Origin: Candidatus Taylorbacteria bacterium RIFCSPLOWO2_02_FULL_44_35
GTDB lineage: Bacteria > Patescibacteriota > Minisyncoccia > Phycocordibacterales > DSPV01
Assembly (NCBI GenBank): GCA_001822695.1
Contig: MHSF01000021.1
Span: forward strand, 993-45,925
Direction of reading: 5' to 3'
Length of the DNA: 44,933 bases
Shown here: piece by piece, positions 24,030 through 33,604 of the stretch
Layout: each line of letters starts with the position of its first letter
Position numbering within the stretch: the first letter of the stretch is position 1
Notes under the pieces: model-generated
The model's input: only the letters and a program-made list of their open reading frames with translations
Databases searched by the model: none
What the model was told of the DNA's origin: nothing
Made by a program: the position numbers and the translations under genes

Positions 24030-24183
24030 GCCAGAAATCTCTAAGCAATACTTCCGATGTAAACATCAGAAGTTAAACGATTTTTATAAGGGGCGTTTGA
24101 GTAAATACGCAAAGCGCAAAACAAAAATGCCCTCTAAAAAGGTCAATCGGCCTGTGCGGCTTAATTGCTTAGAGATTTATGGC
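24030..24183 (+). ncRNA. Candidate structured RNA or MITE-like element closed by a 20-bp stem
   Basis: gccagaaatctctaagcaat (24030-24049) pairs with attgcttagagatttatggc (24164-24183) at 19 of 20 positions. The 114-nt interior can form further helices (ccgat/atcgg, ttttt/aaaaa, gggg/ccc). Strand unknown. Confidence 0.3.
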
Positions 24184-24235
24184 AAAGAAAAATCCCGTTT
24201 GGGGACTGCCGCAAGCTTAGCATAGTTTATAATTT

Positions 24236-25225
24236 ATGTCAATAAAAGAAAAAATCTCGCCGGCGCCGATTTTTGAGGAAGGTTTTCTGGACCAAACCCT
24301 GCGACCCGATAATTTCAACGATTATGTTGGTCAAGAAAACATTAAAGACAATTTGCGCATTTTGTTAGGGGCAGCGGCCGAACGCCATCATCCGCCAGAG
24401 CACCTGCTTTTCTACGGTCCGCCAGGCCTAGGCAAGACCACCCTCGCTCACTTGATTGCCAAAGAAGCCAAAACATCAATTAAAGTGACGGCTGGACCGG
24501 CCATTGAAAAAGTCGGCGATCTCGCTTCCATTCTAACTAATCTTTCGCCGGGTGATGTGTTATTTATTGATGAAGTTCACCGCTTAAGCAAAGTGATTGA
24601 GGAAGTGCTTTACCCGGCGATGGAATCCGGCTCGCTCAACATTATCATCGGCAAGGGACCGTCGGCGCGGACAATTCAATTGGAACTGCCGCCGTTCACT
24701 TTAATCGCCGCCACTACCAAAATCGGCGGCGTATCTTCGCCGTTGCGTTCGCGTTTTTCCGGCGGAGTGTTTAAGTTAGAATTTTACACCAACGAAGAAA
24801 TTAAAAAAATCGTCGCTCGTTCGGCAAAAATCCTAGCAACGGCAATTGACGGCGAAGCCGCTGAAGAAATCGCCCGCCGCAGCCGTTACACCCCACGCAC
24901 CGCTAATTATCTTTTGAAACGATGCCGCGACTTCGCCCAAATCAAAAAAGAAAAACTGCGGGTGGAAATTGTCAGAAAGGCCTTGGAACTTTTGGGTATA
25001 GATGAAATGGGATTAAATCAATCAGACCGAATGATTCTAAAAGCCATTGCCGAAAAATTTTCTGGCGGACCGGTCGGTTTGGGCACTCTAGCGGCTTCTT
25101 TAGGCGACGAGACCGGCACTATTGAGGAATACAATGAACCCTACCTGATGCAAATCGGTTTTCTGGAACGCACCCCCAGGGGCCGCTTAGTCACTCCAAA
25201 AGGTTATCAGCATATTTCCAAATGA
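24236..25225 (+). CDS. ruvB: Holliday junction branch-migration ATPase RuvB
   Basis: LLFYGPPGLGKTTLAHLIA (Walker A), VLFIDEVHRL (Walker B), TLIAATT, RTPRGR. Confidence 0.95.
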   Translation: MSIKEKISPAPIFEEGFLDQTLRPDNFNDYVGQENIKDNLRILLGAAAERHHPPEHLLFYGPPGLGKTTLAHLIAKEAKTSIKVTAGPAIEKVGDLASILTNLSPGDVLFIDEVHRLSKVIEEVLYPAMESGSLNIIIGKGPSARTIQLELPPFTLIAATTKIGGVSSPLRSRFSGGVFKLEFYTNEEIKKIVARSAKILATAIDGEAAEEIARRSRYTPRTANYLLKRCRDFAQIKKEKLRVEIVRKALELLGIDEMGLNQSDRMILKAIAEKFSGGPVGLGTLAASLGDETGTIEEYNEPYLMQIGFLERTPRGRLVTPKGYQHISK

Positions 25226-25258
25226 AATTTCTAATTACTAATTTCTAATTTCTAAAAA

Positions 25259-25795
25259 ATGTCAGGACATAATCGTTGGACACAAATCAAGCATCAAAAG
25301 GAAAAAACTGACGCCTATAAATCAAAAATCTTCGGCAAATTCGCCAAATTAATTAGCGCTGAAGCGAAAAAATCCAAAGGCAACATCAGTGAACCCAGCC
25401 TAAAGGCGGCGATTGAAAAAGCTAGAGCGGCCAACATGCCCGGCGACAATATTGAGAGAGCTATTAAAAAAGCTGGTGGCGATAGCGGTGTAGCAATGGA
25501 AGAAATTATTTATGAGGCCTACGGACCCGGCGGCGTGGCTTTGATGATTAAGGCGTTAACCGACAATCGCAATAAAGCCGCTCAAGAGGTTAAACACGTT
25601 CTGAGTGAAAATGGTTTCGCCATCGCCGCCCCCGGCTCGGCCTCTTGGGTGTTTAAAAAAGAACCGACAACCAATAACTTACAACCAATAACGACCGTGC
25701 CGATAGAGAAAAAAGATTTGGAAAAATTGGACAAGTTGGTGGAGGATTTGGAAAATTGCGAGGAAGTGCAGGAAGTTTTTACCAACGCGGAGTAG
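25259..25795 (+). CDS. yebC: YebC/PmpR-family transcriptional regulator (short, 178 aa)
   Basis: MSGHNRWTQIKHQKEKTDAYKSKIFGKFAKLI and AANMPGDNIERAIKKA are YebC signatures. Confidence 0.85.
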   Translation: MSGHNRWTQIKHQKEKTDAYKSKIFGKFAKLISAEAKKSKGNISEPSLKAAIEKARAANMPGDNIERAIKKAGGDSGVAMEEIIYEAYGPGGVALMIKALTDNRNKAAQEVKHVLSENGFAIAAPGSASWVFKKEPTTNNLQPITTVPIEKKDLEKLDKLVEDLENCEEVQEVFTNAE

Positions 25796-25805
25796 GGCTT
25801 CGCGT

Positions 25806-25906
25806 AAGTTCCAAATCTCAAATTCCAAGTTCCAAACAAATTTCAAATTTTTAATATTTAATTTTTAACCATTGTTTGTGATTTGGATTTTGGAGCTTGG
25901 AATTTA
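25806..25906. repeat. 'TTCCAA-word' palindromic element (family B), copy B1
   Basis: Left arm aagttccaaatctcaaattccaagttccaaacaa, AT-only loop, right arm ttgtttgtgatttggattttggagcttggaattt. Confidence 0.75.
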
Positions 25907-25911
25907 ATCAT

Positions 25912-26418
25912 ATGCGCATTATTGCTATTGATCCTGGATATGAAAGATTAGGTATCGCCATCCTTGAAGATGCCGCGAGGCCGTTGGTGGTTTTTTCTTG
26001 TTGTTTTAAAACTTTGGCAACTTGGCCCCACCAAGAACGACTGGCGGCAATCAGTAAAAAAATTGATGGTGTTATAAAAAAATGGCAACCAACAGAATTG
26101 GCAATAGAAAAACTTTTCTTCAATGTTAATCAAAAAACCGCCCTTAAAGTTGCCGAGGCGCGCGGTGTGATTTTAAACGCCGGCGCCGAGGCCGGCCTCG
26201 TTGTCGCTGAATACACACCACTCCAAGTAAAAATCGCTGTGACCGGTTACGGCCGCGGCGACAAAAAACAAGTGATTGATATGGTTTCAAAATTAGCAGA
26301 GTTTAACAAGAAACAAAAAAAAAGAGGGGATAAAAAAATGTTCAGTGACGACGAAATGGACGCGGTGGCTATTGGCCTGACTCATCTCGCCTGCCGGAAA
26401 AGTTTTTCTATAAAATAA
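25912..26418 (+). CDS. ruvC: Crossover junction endodeoxyribonuclease RuvC
   Basis: MRIIAIDPGYERLGIAILE, LAIEKLFF, EYTPLQVKIAVTGYGRGDKKQV and DEMDAVAIGLTH carry the RuvC catalytic D/E/D/D pattern. Confidence 0.9.
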   Translation: MRIIAIDPGYERLGIAILEDAARPLVVFSCCFKTLATWPHQERLAAISKKIDGVIKKWQPTELAIEKLFFNVNQKTALKVAEARGVILNAGAEAGLVVAEYTPLQVKIAVTGYGRGDKKQVIDMVSKLAEFNKKQKKRGDKKMFSDDEMDAVAIGLTHLACRKSFSIK

Positions 26419-26427
26419 TTATCCACA
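26419..26427 (+). promoter_or_regulatory. Isolated perfect DnaA-box consensus (TTATCCACA)
   Basis: Exact 9-mer immediately after the ruvC stop. A single copy, so functional significance is unknown. Confidence 0.25.
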
Positions 26428-26531
26428 GTTTGGACTTATTCACCGTTGCGCGAATTTTTAAATTTGCTACAAATTAAGCGCGGCGTCTAAAATCCGCTGC
26501 CGGTCGTTTAAAAAAATAAATAATTATTATC

Positions 26532-26633
26532 ATGAGCCCAGATGAAATGGGTATTCCGCCCGGCGACGGGACGGGAATAGACGACGAAGAAGAAACTACT
26601 GAACCAACAACGAGCGACGAAGAGAGTTTTTAG
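26532..26633 (+). CDS. Possible small acidic protein (33 aa)
   Basis: My translation: MSPDEMGIPPGDGTGIDDEEETTEPTTSDEESF*. It is too short for the ORF track. It sits in a locally G+C-richer patch, followed by a hairpin at 26679-26702. No homology evidence. Confidence 0.2.
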   Translation: MSPDEMGIPPGDGTGIDDEEETTEPTTSDEESF

Positions 26634-26678
26634 TGGAGTGCCCCAAAATTCTTTTTCGGCACACATCTCACGGAACAC

Positions 26679-26702
26679 GAAACCCGCCTGCTGGCGGGTT
26701 TC
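26679..26702. terminator. 10-bp GC-rich hairpin between convergent reading frames
   Basis: gaaacccgcc-tgct-ggcgggtttc. It lies 61 nt beyond the tyrS stop. The U tract is weak on both strands. Confidence 0.45.
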
Positions 26703-26762
26703 TCTGTCCGGCGCCGTCGCGCCTACCAAGTTTCCGCTCGATATGTGCCTCAACGAATTTGG

Positions 26763-27956
26763 TCAACCCACAACAATTTTCAAAAATCGAAGTGGGCCGA
26801 TGCGGATAATAACATCGTCGGTAATTTTGAAAAACGGGTCGGTGATTTTTTCTTTGGTTTCGGCATTGGAAACCGCCCCCTCGGCAATCAATCGGCGAAA
26901 ATCGGACTTGGAAGAAACCAATTTTTCGCGCGAGACAACATCCATCAACAACTTCCCAGTTTTCACTTTCACTTCCTTAATATTTTCCGGCAGATTGCCG
27001 GACTTGAAAGTATTATCGAAATCTTTACTCGCCAACCTCGCTTTTTCTTCTCCGTGATAAATTTTTGTAATCTCAAACGCCAAACACGTCTTGGCGTCAC
27101 GAGGATTGTCCACACCCAAAATATGCTCAATGTCCTCCAAATCTAACCATGTGCAATCCACAAACAATTGACGCGTGTTCTCATCGTCCTGAGCCATTAG
27201 CGAACCATACATTTTCCCTGCTTCAAAATCAAGAAATACACCCGTACCCAATGATTTTGACATCATTTTTTCTTTCGTTTTTGGATTTTCTAGTAAGGTT
27301 GTAATGAACACAAATTTTTCCTTGTTCTTAATTTTTTTCAACAATGTGCGCCCGGCAAGCGCGTTGAATTTCTGATCCATTCCACACATCTCAATGTCAA
27401 CATCCATCGCAACAGAATCATAACCCTGCATCAATGGGTAAAAAAGTTCGTGCAAATATAGCGGTTTTTTATCTTGAATGCGCTTTTGAAACATATCTCT
27501 CTCAATCATTTGTTGAACGGTAAAGTTCGATGCAAGGTTTATAACATCTTCAAAAGACAAGGTGGACAACCAATCATAATTGTAAAGAACTTTCACTGGA
27601 TTCTCTTTGTTATTTATATCAATAACAGGTCTTACTTGTTCAATCCATGTTTTAACATTCTCTGTAACTTGCTTGCGTGTAAGCTGTTTGCGCGCTGATT
27701 CGCTTTTGTCGGTCGGATCACCAATTCGCGCGGTAAAATCTCCCACAAGAAAAATAACCTCGTGGCCTAACCTGCGAAACTTTTCCAAAATCATATAATT
27801 TGTGGCGTGCCCAAGATGAAGTGATGTCCCCGTTGCGTCTGTGCCAATGTATATTCGAAGGCGTTTACCTGATTCTAGCGCTTCACGCAAACCTTCTTTG
27901 GTGGGTAATATTTCCGCGACAGAGCGCGTTAGAAGTTCATTAATTTCTTTTTCCAT
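26763..27956 (-). CDS. tyrS: Tyrosyl-tRNA synthetase
   Basis: YIGTDATGTSLHLGH (HIGH), GDFTARIGDP, KMMSKSLGT (KMSKS) and a C-terminal S4-like domain (SKSDFRRLIAEGAV). Confidence 0.9.
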   Translation of the reverse strand: MEKEINELLTRSVAEILPTKEGLREALESGKRLRIYIGTDATGTSLHLGHATNYMILEKFRRLGHEVIFLVGDFTARIGDPTDKSESARKQLTRKQVTENVKTWIEQVRPVIDINNKENPVKVLYNYDWLSTLSFEDVINLASNFTVQQMIERDMFQKRIQDKKPLYLHELFYPLMQGYDSVAMDVDIEMCGMDQKFNALAGRTLLKKIKNKEKFVFITTLLENPKTKEKMMSKSLGTGVFLDFEAGKMYGSLMAQDDENTRQLFVDCTWLDLEDIEHILGVDNPRDAKTCLAFEITKIYHGEEKARLASKDFDNTFKSGNLPENIKEVKVKTGKLLMDVVSREKLVSSKSDFRRLIAEGAVSNAETKEKITDPFFKITDDVIIRIGPLRFLKIVVG

Positions 27957-27962
27957 AACGAT

Positions 27963-27971
27963 ATTTTATCA
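27963..27971 (-). promoter_or_regulatory. Extended -10 box (TGaTAAAAT) 6 nt upstream of the tyrS ATG
   Basis: The minus strand reads tg-a-taaaat, atcgtt, ATG. It overlaps a plus-strand tatcacaat upstream of the PBP gene, within a 24-bp divergent spacer. Confidence 0.45.
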
Positions 27972-27980
27972 CAATTTGAG

Positions 27981-30509
27981 ATGATTATGCTAATATTGAA
28001 AGCGATGAAAAAACGACGATTGCTGAAAAAACGACTGATGGAAGCGGCGGCACTCGCCGCCGGCTTGTTTTTGTTGGGTGGTGGAGCGACTCTGTTGTGG
28101 CTTGGCAATATGGAAATCCCCAATCTGGATACCATCGGCGAGCGCCGCGTCAGCCAATCAACCAAAATTTTTGACCGCACTGGCGAAATCTTGCTTTATG
28201 ATATTCACAAAGATGTCCGACGCACCGTTGTGCCCTTTGACCAAATCTCGCGAAACATAAAAAATGCCACGGTGGCGATTGAGGATGCCAGTTTTTACCA
28301 ACATCGCGGCATTGAACCAAAAGCGATATTGCGCGCCGTTTTTGCTAATCTACTGAATTTCGGCTACAGCCAAGGTGGTTCCACCATCACCCAGCAAGTG
28401 GTGAAAAATTCCATTCTCACCAACGACAAAACCATTACCCGAAAACTTAAAGAATGGGTTTTGGCGCTGAAGTTAGAAAAAACAATGAGCAAGGAAAAAA
28501 TTTTGGCGCTTTATCTTAATGAAATTCCTTACGGCGGCAGTATCTACGGCGTTGAGCAGGCCAGCCAAAGTTATTTTGGGAAAAAGGCCGCCGCTCTTTC
28601 CATTGCCGAAGCCGCCTATCTCGCTTCCCTACCTCAAGCGCCGTCGTATTTTTCGCCTTTCGGCAATAATCGGGATAAATTGGAAGAAAGAAAAAATTTC
28701 ACGCTGGAAAGAATGCTGGCGGAACATTTCATCAGCCAAGAAGAATACGAAACGGCAAAAAAAGAAACGGTCAGTTGGTTGCCGCCGGAAAATACAGGAA
28801 TTCGAGCGCCTCACTTTGTAATGTTTATCAAAGATTATTTAGAAAATAAATACAGCAAAGAAGCGGTGCGCTACGGCGGCTTAAAAGTAACCACCACTTT
28901 GGATTATTCGCTTCAAACCAAAGCGGAAGAACTTGTAAAAAAATGGGCATTGCAAAACAAAATTAATTATAACGCCGAGAACGCAGCGCTGGTGGCAATT
29001 GACCCAAAAACCGGACAAATTTTGGTAATGGTCGGCTCGCGCGACTATTTTGACCAAGAAATTGACGGCAATTTTAATGTGGCGCTGGCCCACCGCCAAC
29101 CTGGTTCGGCTTTCAAACCAATTGTTTACGCCACCGCTTTTACCAAAGGTTATACGCCGGAAACCGTGGTTTTTGATTTGTCAACGGAATTTTCCGCTTA
29201 CTGTAATCCTGATGGCACACCTGTCGTTGCCGACAATGAAGACAAGTGCTATATGCCGGAAAATTATGATTTGATTTATCGCGGACCGATTGATTTGCGC
29301 CACGCCTTGGCCCAATCTGTCAACATTCCCGCTGTCAAGGTTTTGTATTTAGCTGGATTAAAAGAATCTTTGCGCCTCGCTAAGGATTTGGGTATTGAAA
29401 GCTTAACTAATGTTAATCAATACGGTTTGACTTTGGTTTTGGGTGGTGGTGAAGTGTCGTTATTGGATTTGACTAGTGCTTATTCAACCCTCGCCAATAG
29501 TGGCACACGCAACCCTTATGTTGGTATTTTGAAAGTGGAGGATGAAAATGGAAAAATTTTGGAAGAGTTCCAACCCAAACCCTCTGTTGTTCTACCAGAA
29601 AATATCGCTTTGACAATTTCCGATATTCTTTCCGACGAGGAAGCGCGTCAACCAACTTTCGGCATTCACTCTTTCCTTTATGTTGATGATAAGGACGTAG
29701 CGGTAAAAACCGGCACCACCAACGACTACCGCGACGCTTGGATTTTGGGCTATACCCCATCACTAGCGGTTGGCGCTTGGGCCGGCAACAACGACAACAG
29801 CCCGATGGAAAAAAAGGTTGCCGGCTTTATTGTGGCGCCTATGTGGCACGAATTCGTAACCAAAGCATTAAAAAATTATCCGGATGAAAAATTCAAAAAA
29901 CCACCAACGATCGACAATTCCAACCTCAAACCGGTTTTGCGTGGTTTTTGGCAAGGTAATCAATCTTATTTCATCGACAAAATGTCTGGTAAATTAGCCA
30001 CTGAATACACACCAACAGAAACCAAGGAAGAAAAAGTTGTCCGCCAAGTCCACTCCATTCTTTATTGGTTGGATAAAAATAATCCCTGGGGTGCACCACC
30101 AACTAATCCAACCAACGATTCTCAATTCAATTCTTGGGAATACGCCGTTAGAAAGTGGGCGGCGGAAAAAAATCTAGCGGATGAAAACCAAAGCGTTATT
30201 CCCACTGCCCTTGACGACATTCACTCACCTAACCGAGTGCCGATTTTGCAAATTCAGGGCTTGAAAAATTCTTACAGCAAAAACGAAACGGTCTATATCA
30301 CTATTGCCAACAGCGGCGTCTATCCTCTACGAAAAATTGATTTGTTTTTGAATGGTCGGTATGTCGGCTCGGCTATTAAATCGCCGTTTTCCTTAAGTAT
30401 TAAACTCTCCACTCTTGGTGAAACTGGTGATAATAAAATTGAGGTCATTGGTTCCGATGCTGTTTATAACAAAGCCAAAACCGAAGCAACCTTTAGGATT
30501 AGCGAATAG
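27981..30509 (+). CDS. Class A penicillin-binding protein (glycosyltransferase + transpeptidase)
   Basis: GT51 motifs ATVAIEDASFYQHRGIEP, GGSTITQQVVKN and RKLKEW. Transpeptidase motifs SAFKP, (S)VN and KTGTTND. Confidence 0.9.
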   Translation: MIMLILKAMKKRRLLKKRLMEAAALAAGLFLLGGGATLLWLGNMEIPNLDTIGERRVSQSTKIFDRTGEILLYDIHKDVRRTVVPFDQISRNIKNATVAIEDASFYQHRGIEPKAILRAVFANLLNFGYSQGGSTITQQVVKNSILTNDKTITRKLKEWVLALKLEKTMSKEKILALYLNEIPYGGSIYGVEQASQSYFGKKAAALSIAEAAYLASLPQAPSYFSPFGNNRDKLEERKNFTLERMLAEHFISQEEYETAKKETVSWLPPENTGIRAPHFVMFIKDYLENKYSKEAVRYGGLKVTTTLDYSLQTKAEELVKKWALQNKINYNAENAALVAIDPKTGQILVMVGSRDYFDQEIDGNFNVALAHRQPGSAFKPIVYATAFTKGYTPETVVFDLSTEFSAYCNPDGTPVVADNEDKCYMPENYDLIYRGPIDLRHALAQSVNIPAVKVLYLAGLKESLRLAKDLGIESLTNVNQYGLTLVLGGGEVSLLDLTSAYSTLANSGTRNPYVGILKVEDENGKILEEFQPKPSVVLPENIALTISDILSDEEARQPTFGIHSFLYVDDKDVAVKTGTTNDYRDAWILGYTPSLAVGAWAGNNDNSPMEKKVAGFIVAPMWHEFVTKALKNYPDEKFKKPPTIDNSNLKPVLRGFWQGNQSYFIDKMSGKLATEYTPTETKEEKVVRQVHSILYWLDKNNPWGAPPTNPTNDSQFNSWEYAVRKWAAEKNLADENQSVIPTALDDIHSPNRVPILQIQGLKNSYSKNETVYITIANSGVYPLRKIDLFLNGRYVGSAIKSPFSLSIKLSTLGETGDNKIEVIGSDAVYNKAKTEATFRISE

Positions 30510-30756
30510 ATAAAATTTTTGATTTGGGAAATTGTTGGTTGAAGGCAGTTATGATGGCGGCCTTTTTGATAAAAATTTCACTGTGGGCGACCGGACTGAC
30601 ATTCAAATAAACCGCGCCGCCACGCAAGGTCGCGGCGGCAACGTCTATTTCCACGCCGACCACTCCACTGATAATTTTCAAAAGTGTTTTCTTAACCAGC
30701 GTCGCTCCCGCTTCCCCCCTCCGATACTTTTCCAAAAAAATCCCAATTGGCTCCAT
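30499..30756 (-). CDS. DUF721/DciA-like small protein
   Basis: 85 aa directly downstream of dnaN. GGAVYLNVSPVAHSEIFIKKAAIITAFN resembles the DUF721 core. Position is typical for this family. Confidence 0.45.
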   Translation of the reverse strand: MEPIGIFLEKYRRGEAGATLVKKTLLKIISGVVGVEIDVAAATLRGGAVYLNVSPVAHSEIFIKKAAIITAFNQQFPKSKILSIR

Positions 30757-30788
30757 GGTTTTTGGTTTTTCGCTTTTAGTTTTCAGTT

Positions 30789-31886
30789 TTATTTATTCAT
30801 TGGCATTACTAGGTAGGTAAAAGATTTATCACTGATACCACCAAGCACTACCGGCCGACCTAAACCATTGAAACCAACAAAAACACTGTCGGAGTTGATA
30901 GAAGAAAAAGCGTCAGAAAGATAGCGATAGTTAAAATTAATGTCTGTGTCTTCACCTTTAATGGTCGCCTTTAGTTGGTTGATGTTTTCGCCAATGTCGT
31001 TGTTTTTTGTTTTAAGTTCAAATAAGTTCTTTTTTGGCAAACAATGAACACTGACTTGATTGAAATTGTCAGAAAAAATATGGGCCAGTTTTAAGGAATT
31101 GATCAGGTCTTGTTTAAGTAAAATTACTTCCGTTTTAAATTCTTTGGGGATAATTTGTTTGTAATCGGGAAAAACGCCGTCCACCAAACGCGACACCAAG
31201 TACAAACCCTCAATGGTGATTGATAGTTGATTTTTGGAAAAATTTATCTCTAGGTCATCCTCTAAACCACCGAGAATTCTGATAATTTCCTGAATGTTTT
31301 TGTTGGGAATCAAAACTGGTAAAAAATTGTTGTGTTTTTTTACCTTGATTCTCTTTTCTGCCAATCGAAACGAATCGGTTGCCACAAAAATCATTTCTTC
31401 GCTTTGTTCGTAAATATGAACACTAGATAGTTCTGGTTTAATGGTGGAGGTGGAAGCGCTATACCAAACCGAAGTCAGTCCGTTAATAAAATCTTTGGTG
31501 TTGATTTTAATAGAGGACCCCTTGGTTGGGTTGGGGATATTTGGAAAATCATTATGGTTGTGGGTTTTAATAATGGTTTTATTTCTTTCTGTGGTAATAG
31601 CTAAATTATTTTCTTTTTCTTCTAATAAAACAATTCGGTCGTTGATGTTTTCGATAAAATTAGTCACCACATGACCTGGTACCGCCAGTGTTCCTTCCTC
31701 AATTACTTTCACCGGGATTGACACTTCAGCGCCAAAATCAAGATTGGTGGTTTTTATTTTCAATAAACCATTTTTTACCTCAAAAAGAACGCAGGATAAA
31801 ATTGGTAGGGTAAGATTTTTACCGGCGATCTTTGCAACTTTATCTAATCCCCAAGTTAGTTTATCTTTAATACATTCTATTTTCAT
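30789..31886 (-). CDS. dnaN: DNA polymerase III beta sliding clamp
   Basis: MKIECIKDKLTWGLDKVAKIAGKNLTLPILSCVLFEV... and the C-terminal YLVMPMNK are DnaN signatures. I chose ATG 31886 over the track start at 31943. Confidence 0.9.
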   Translation of the reverse strand: MKIECIKDKLTWGLDKVAKIAGKNLTLPILSCVLFEVKNGLLKIKTTNLDFGAEVSIPVKVIEEGTLAVPGHVVTNFIENINDRIVLLEEKENNLAITTERNKTIIKTHNHNDFPNIPNPTKGSSIKINTKDFINGLTSVWYSASTSTIKPELSSVHIYEQSEEMIFVATDSFRLAEKRIKVKKHNNFLPVLIPNKNIQEIIRILGGLEDDLEINFSKNQLSITIEGLYLVSRLVDGVFPDYKQIIPKEFKTEVILLKQDLINSLKLAHIFSDNFNQVSVHCLPKKNLFELKTKNNDIGENINQLKATIKGEDTDINFNYRYLSDAFSSINSDSVFVGFNGLGRPVVLGGISDKSFTYLVMPMNK

Positions 31887-31943
31887 TTTATTAGTATTAG
31901 TACTGTTAATGTGTGGAAAAACTAAAAATACCTTAATTACCAA

Positions 31944-32070
31944 CTTAAATCAAATTAATCATTTCTCACAACCTGTTGAAATTTTTTGAATAATTTTTTT
32001 ACTTTAGGAAAACCGATTTCTTATTGACAATTTTTTAACACAATTTAAACAATCTTATCAACAGGTTTTC
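31944..32070. other. dnaA-dnaN spacer, candidate oriC part
   Basis: AT-rich. It contains TTATCAACA (32055-32063, one mismatch to the DnaA box) and the inverted pair aacctgttga / tcaacaggtt. Confidence 0.3.
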
Positions 32071-33411
32071 CTAAAACATCGCTCTAATTTGGGAAATTTC
32101 TTGAGCTAAGGTGGTGTCGTTTTTTATATCATCTTCTATTTTCTCGCAAGAGTGAATAACTGTGGTATGGTCGCGGCCACCCATTTTTTCACCAATCGAC
32201 GGAAAGGAAATGTTGAAATCTTTTCTTAAAACATACATCGCAATCTGGCGCGGCCGGACTATTTCTTTACGGCGAGTTTTTTCGTAAATAGAGGCCTCCT
32301 CAATATTGTAGAAGTTGGCGATGGTTTTGACCACATCTTTTGGGGCGATGGATTTTTTGGGCCGATCGGTATTTTTAATTAGGTTTTTTACTTCAACCAA
32401 AGAAAGATCTTTATTTTTAAATTGGGACTGGCAAATAATTATGTTTAGGGCGCCTTCTAACTCCCTAATACTACCAACCACCGAGTCGGCCAAATACTCA
32501 ACAATTTCATCAGCTAAGAAAAAATTACTGAACCGCGCTTTGGTTCGCAAAATAGCCAAACGCGACTCGTGGTCTGGTGTTGGAATGTCGACAATCATAC
32601 CCGAAACACACCGTGACTTGAGTCGGTCTTCCAAATTAGGAATGTAATTGGGGTGTTTGTCGGAAGAAAAAATAATCTGGCGATTGTTGTCATGCAAACT
32701 GTTAAACAAATGAAAAAGTTCATCCTGAGTTCGTTCGGTCTTGGAGAAAAACTGGATATCGTCCATTATCAGCACATCATATTTGCGGTATTTTTCTTTG
32801 AAATCGTTCATTTTTTGATTTTGGACAGCGTTAATGTAATCAACGGTAAATTTTTCCGAGGTGATGTAAAAAACTTTCCTTTCCGGCGAATTGATTTTAA
32901 TTTGATTGCCAACCGCTTGAATTAAATGGGTTTTGCCGTGGCCGCTGCCGCCGTAAATGAATAAGGGATTGTAGGCAACTGGTTTTTTAATTATTGACTG
33001 GGAAGCGGCGTGAGCCAGTTCGTTAAACGAACCAACAACAAAAGCGTCAAAGGTATAACGGGGGTTTAAATTATTTTCTTTGTTGATGTAATGTTCTTTC
33101 AGCGGCAATTCAATGGTCGGCGCTAATGAAAACTTTTCGGTTTCGTTAGTTTTCTTCCGCAGTTCTTTTTCGGAGACAACATATTCCACCGCCCTAACAA
33201 AATCAACCAGACCACGCAAGGTTTTCAAAATCGTTTTGTGGTATTTTTGTACTAACCAATCCTTAACAAAAGTGTTGGGCACGGTTAAATAAACTGTGCC
33301 GTCTTGAAGATTGGCAATACTTGTGTTCTTGAACCAAGTGTTGAAAGTGGCCCCAGAAACACCCAACTCAATTTCAGCCAAAACACTATCCCAAAGTTTT
33401 TTATTGTCCAT
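32071..33411 (-). CDS. dnaA: Chromosomal replication initiator DnaA
   Basis: NPLFIYGGSGHGKTHL (Walker A), VLIMDDIQF (Walker B), the sensor region and the C-terminal DNA-binding helix GGRDHTTVIHSCEKI. Confidence 0.95.
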   Translation of the reverse strand: MDNKKLWDSVLAEIELGVSGATFNTWFKNTSIANLQDGTVYLTVPNTFVKDWLVQKYHKTILKTLRGLVDFVRAVEYVVSEKELRKKTNETEKFSLAPTIELPLKEHYINKENNLNPRYTFDAFVVGSFNELAHAASQSIIKKPVAYNPLFIYGGSGHGKTHLIQAVGNQIKINSPERKVFYITSEKFTVDYINAVQNQKMNDFKEKYRKYDVLIMDDIQFFSKTERTQDELFHLFNSLHDNNRQIIFSSDKHPNYIPNLEDRLKSRCVSGMIVDIPTPDHESRLAILRTKARFSNFFLADEIVEYLADSVVGSIRELEGALNIIICQSQFKNKDLSLVEVKNLIKNTDRPKKSIAPKDVVKTIANFYNIEEASIYEKTRRKEIVRPRQIAMYVLRKDFNISFPSIGEKMGGRDHTTVIHSCEKIEDDIKNDTTLAQEISQIRAMF

Positions 33412-33604
33412 TAAGATTATTATACTAATGTTTCTATTATACAGAACTTGTGAACAACTCTTAAATATGTTAGTAATATGTGGACAAATTGTTTACAACA
33501 ATTTGTAAGTTCCAAATCACAAATTCCAAATTCCAAACAATAATTAAAAATTAAATATTGAAATTTGTTTGGAGCTTGATAATTGGAACTTGGAAATTAC
33601 AACC
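33412..33604. other. dnaA/rpmH divergent spacer, candidate oriC part
   Basis: DnaA-box-like 9-mers TGTGGACAA (33479-33487, one mismatch) and TGTGAACAA (33449-33457, two mismatches). It also carries family B repeat copy B2 at 33507-33598. Confidence 0.35.
33507..33598. repeat. Family B palindromic element, copy B2 (loop in opposite orientation)
   Basis: aagttccaaatcacaaattccaaattccaaacaa - taattaaaaattaaatattgaaat - ttgtttggagcttgataattggaacttggaaatt. The loop resembles the reverse complement of the B3/B5 loop. Confidence 0.75.

Noticed and set aside
24028-24225. 65-aa basic ORF in the pilB-ruvB spacer
   Set aside because: It has a TTG start and no family resemblance, and it coincides with the long-range stem structure. 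It is better explained as non-coding.
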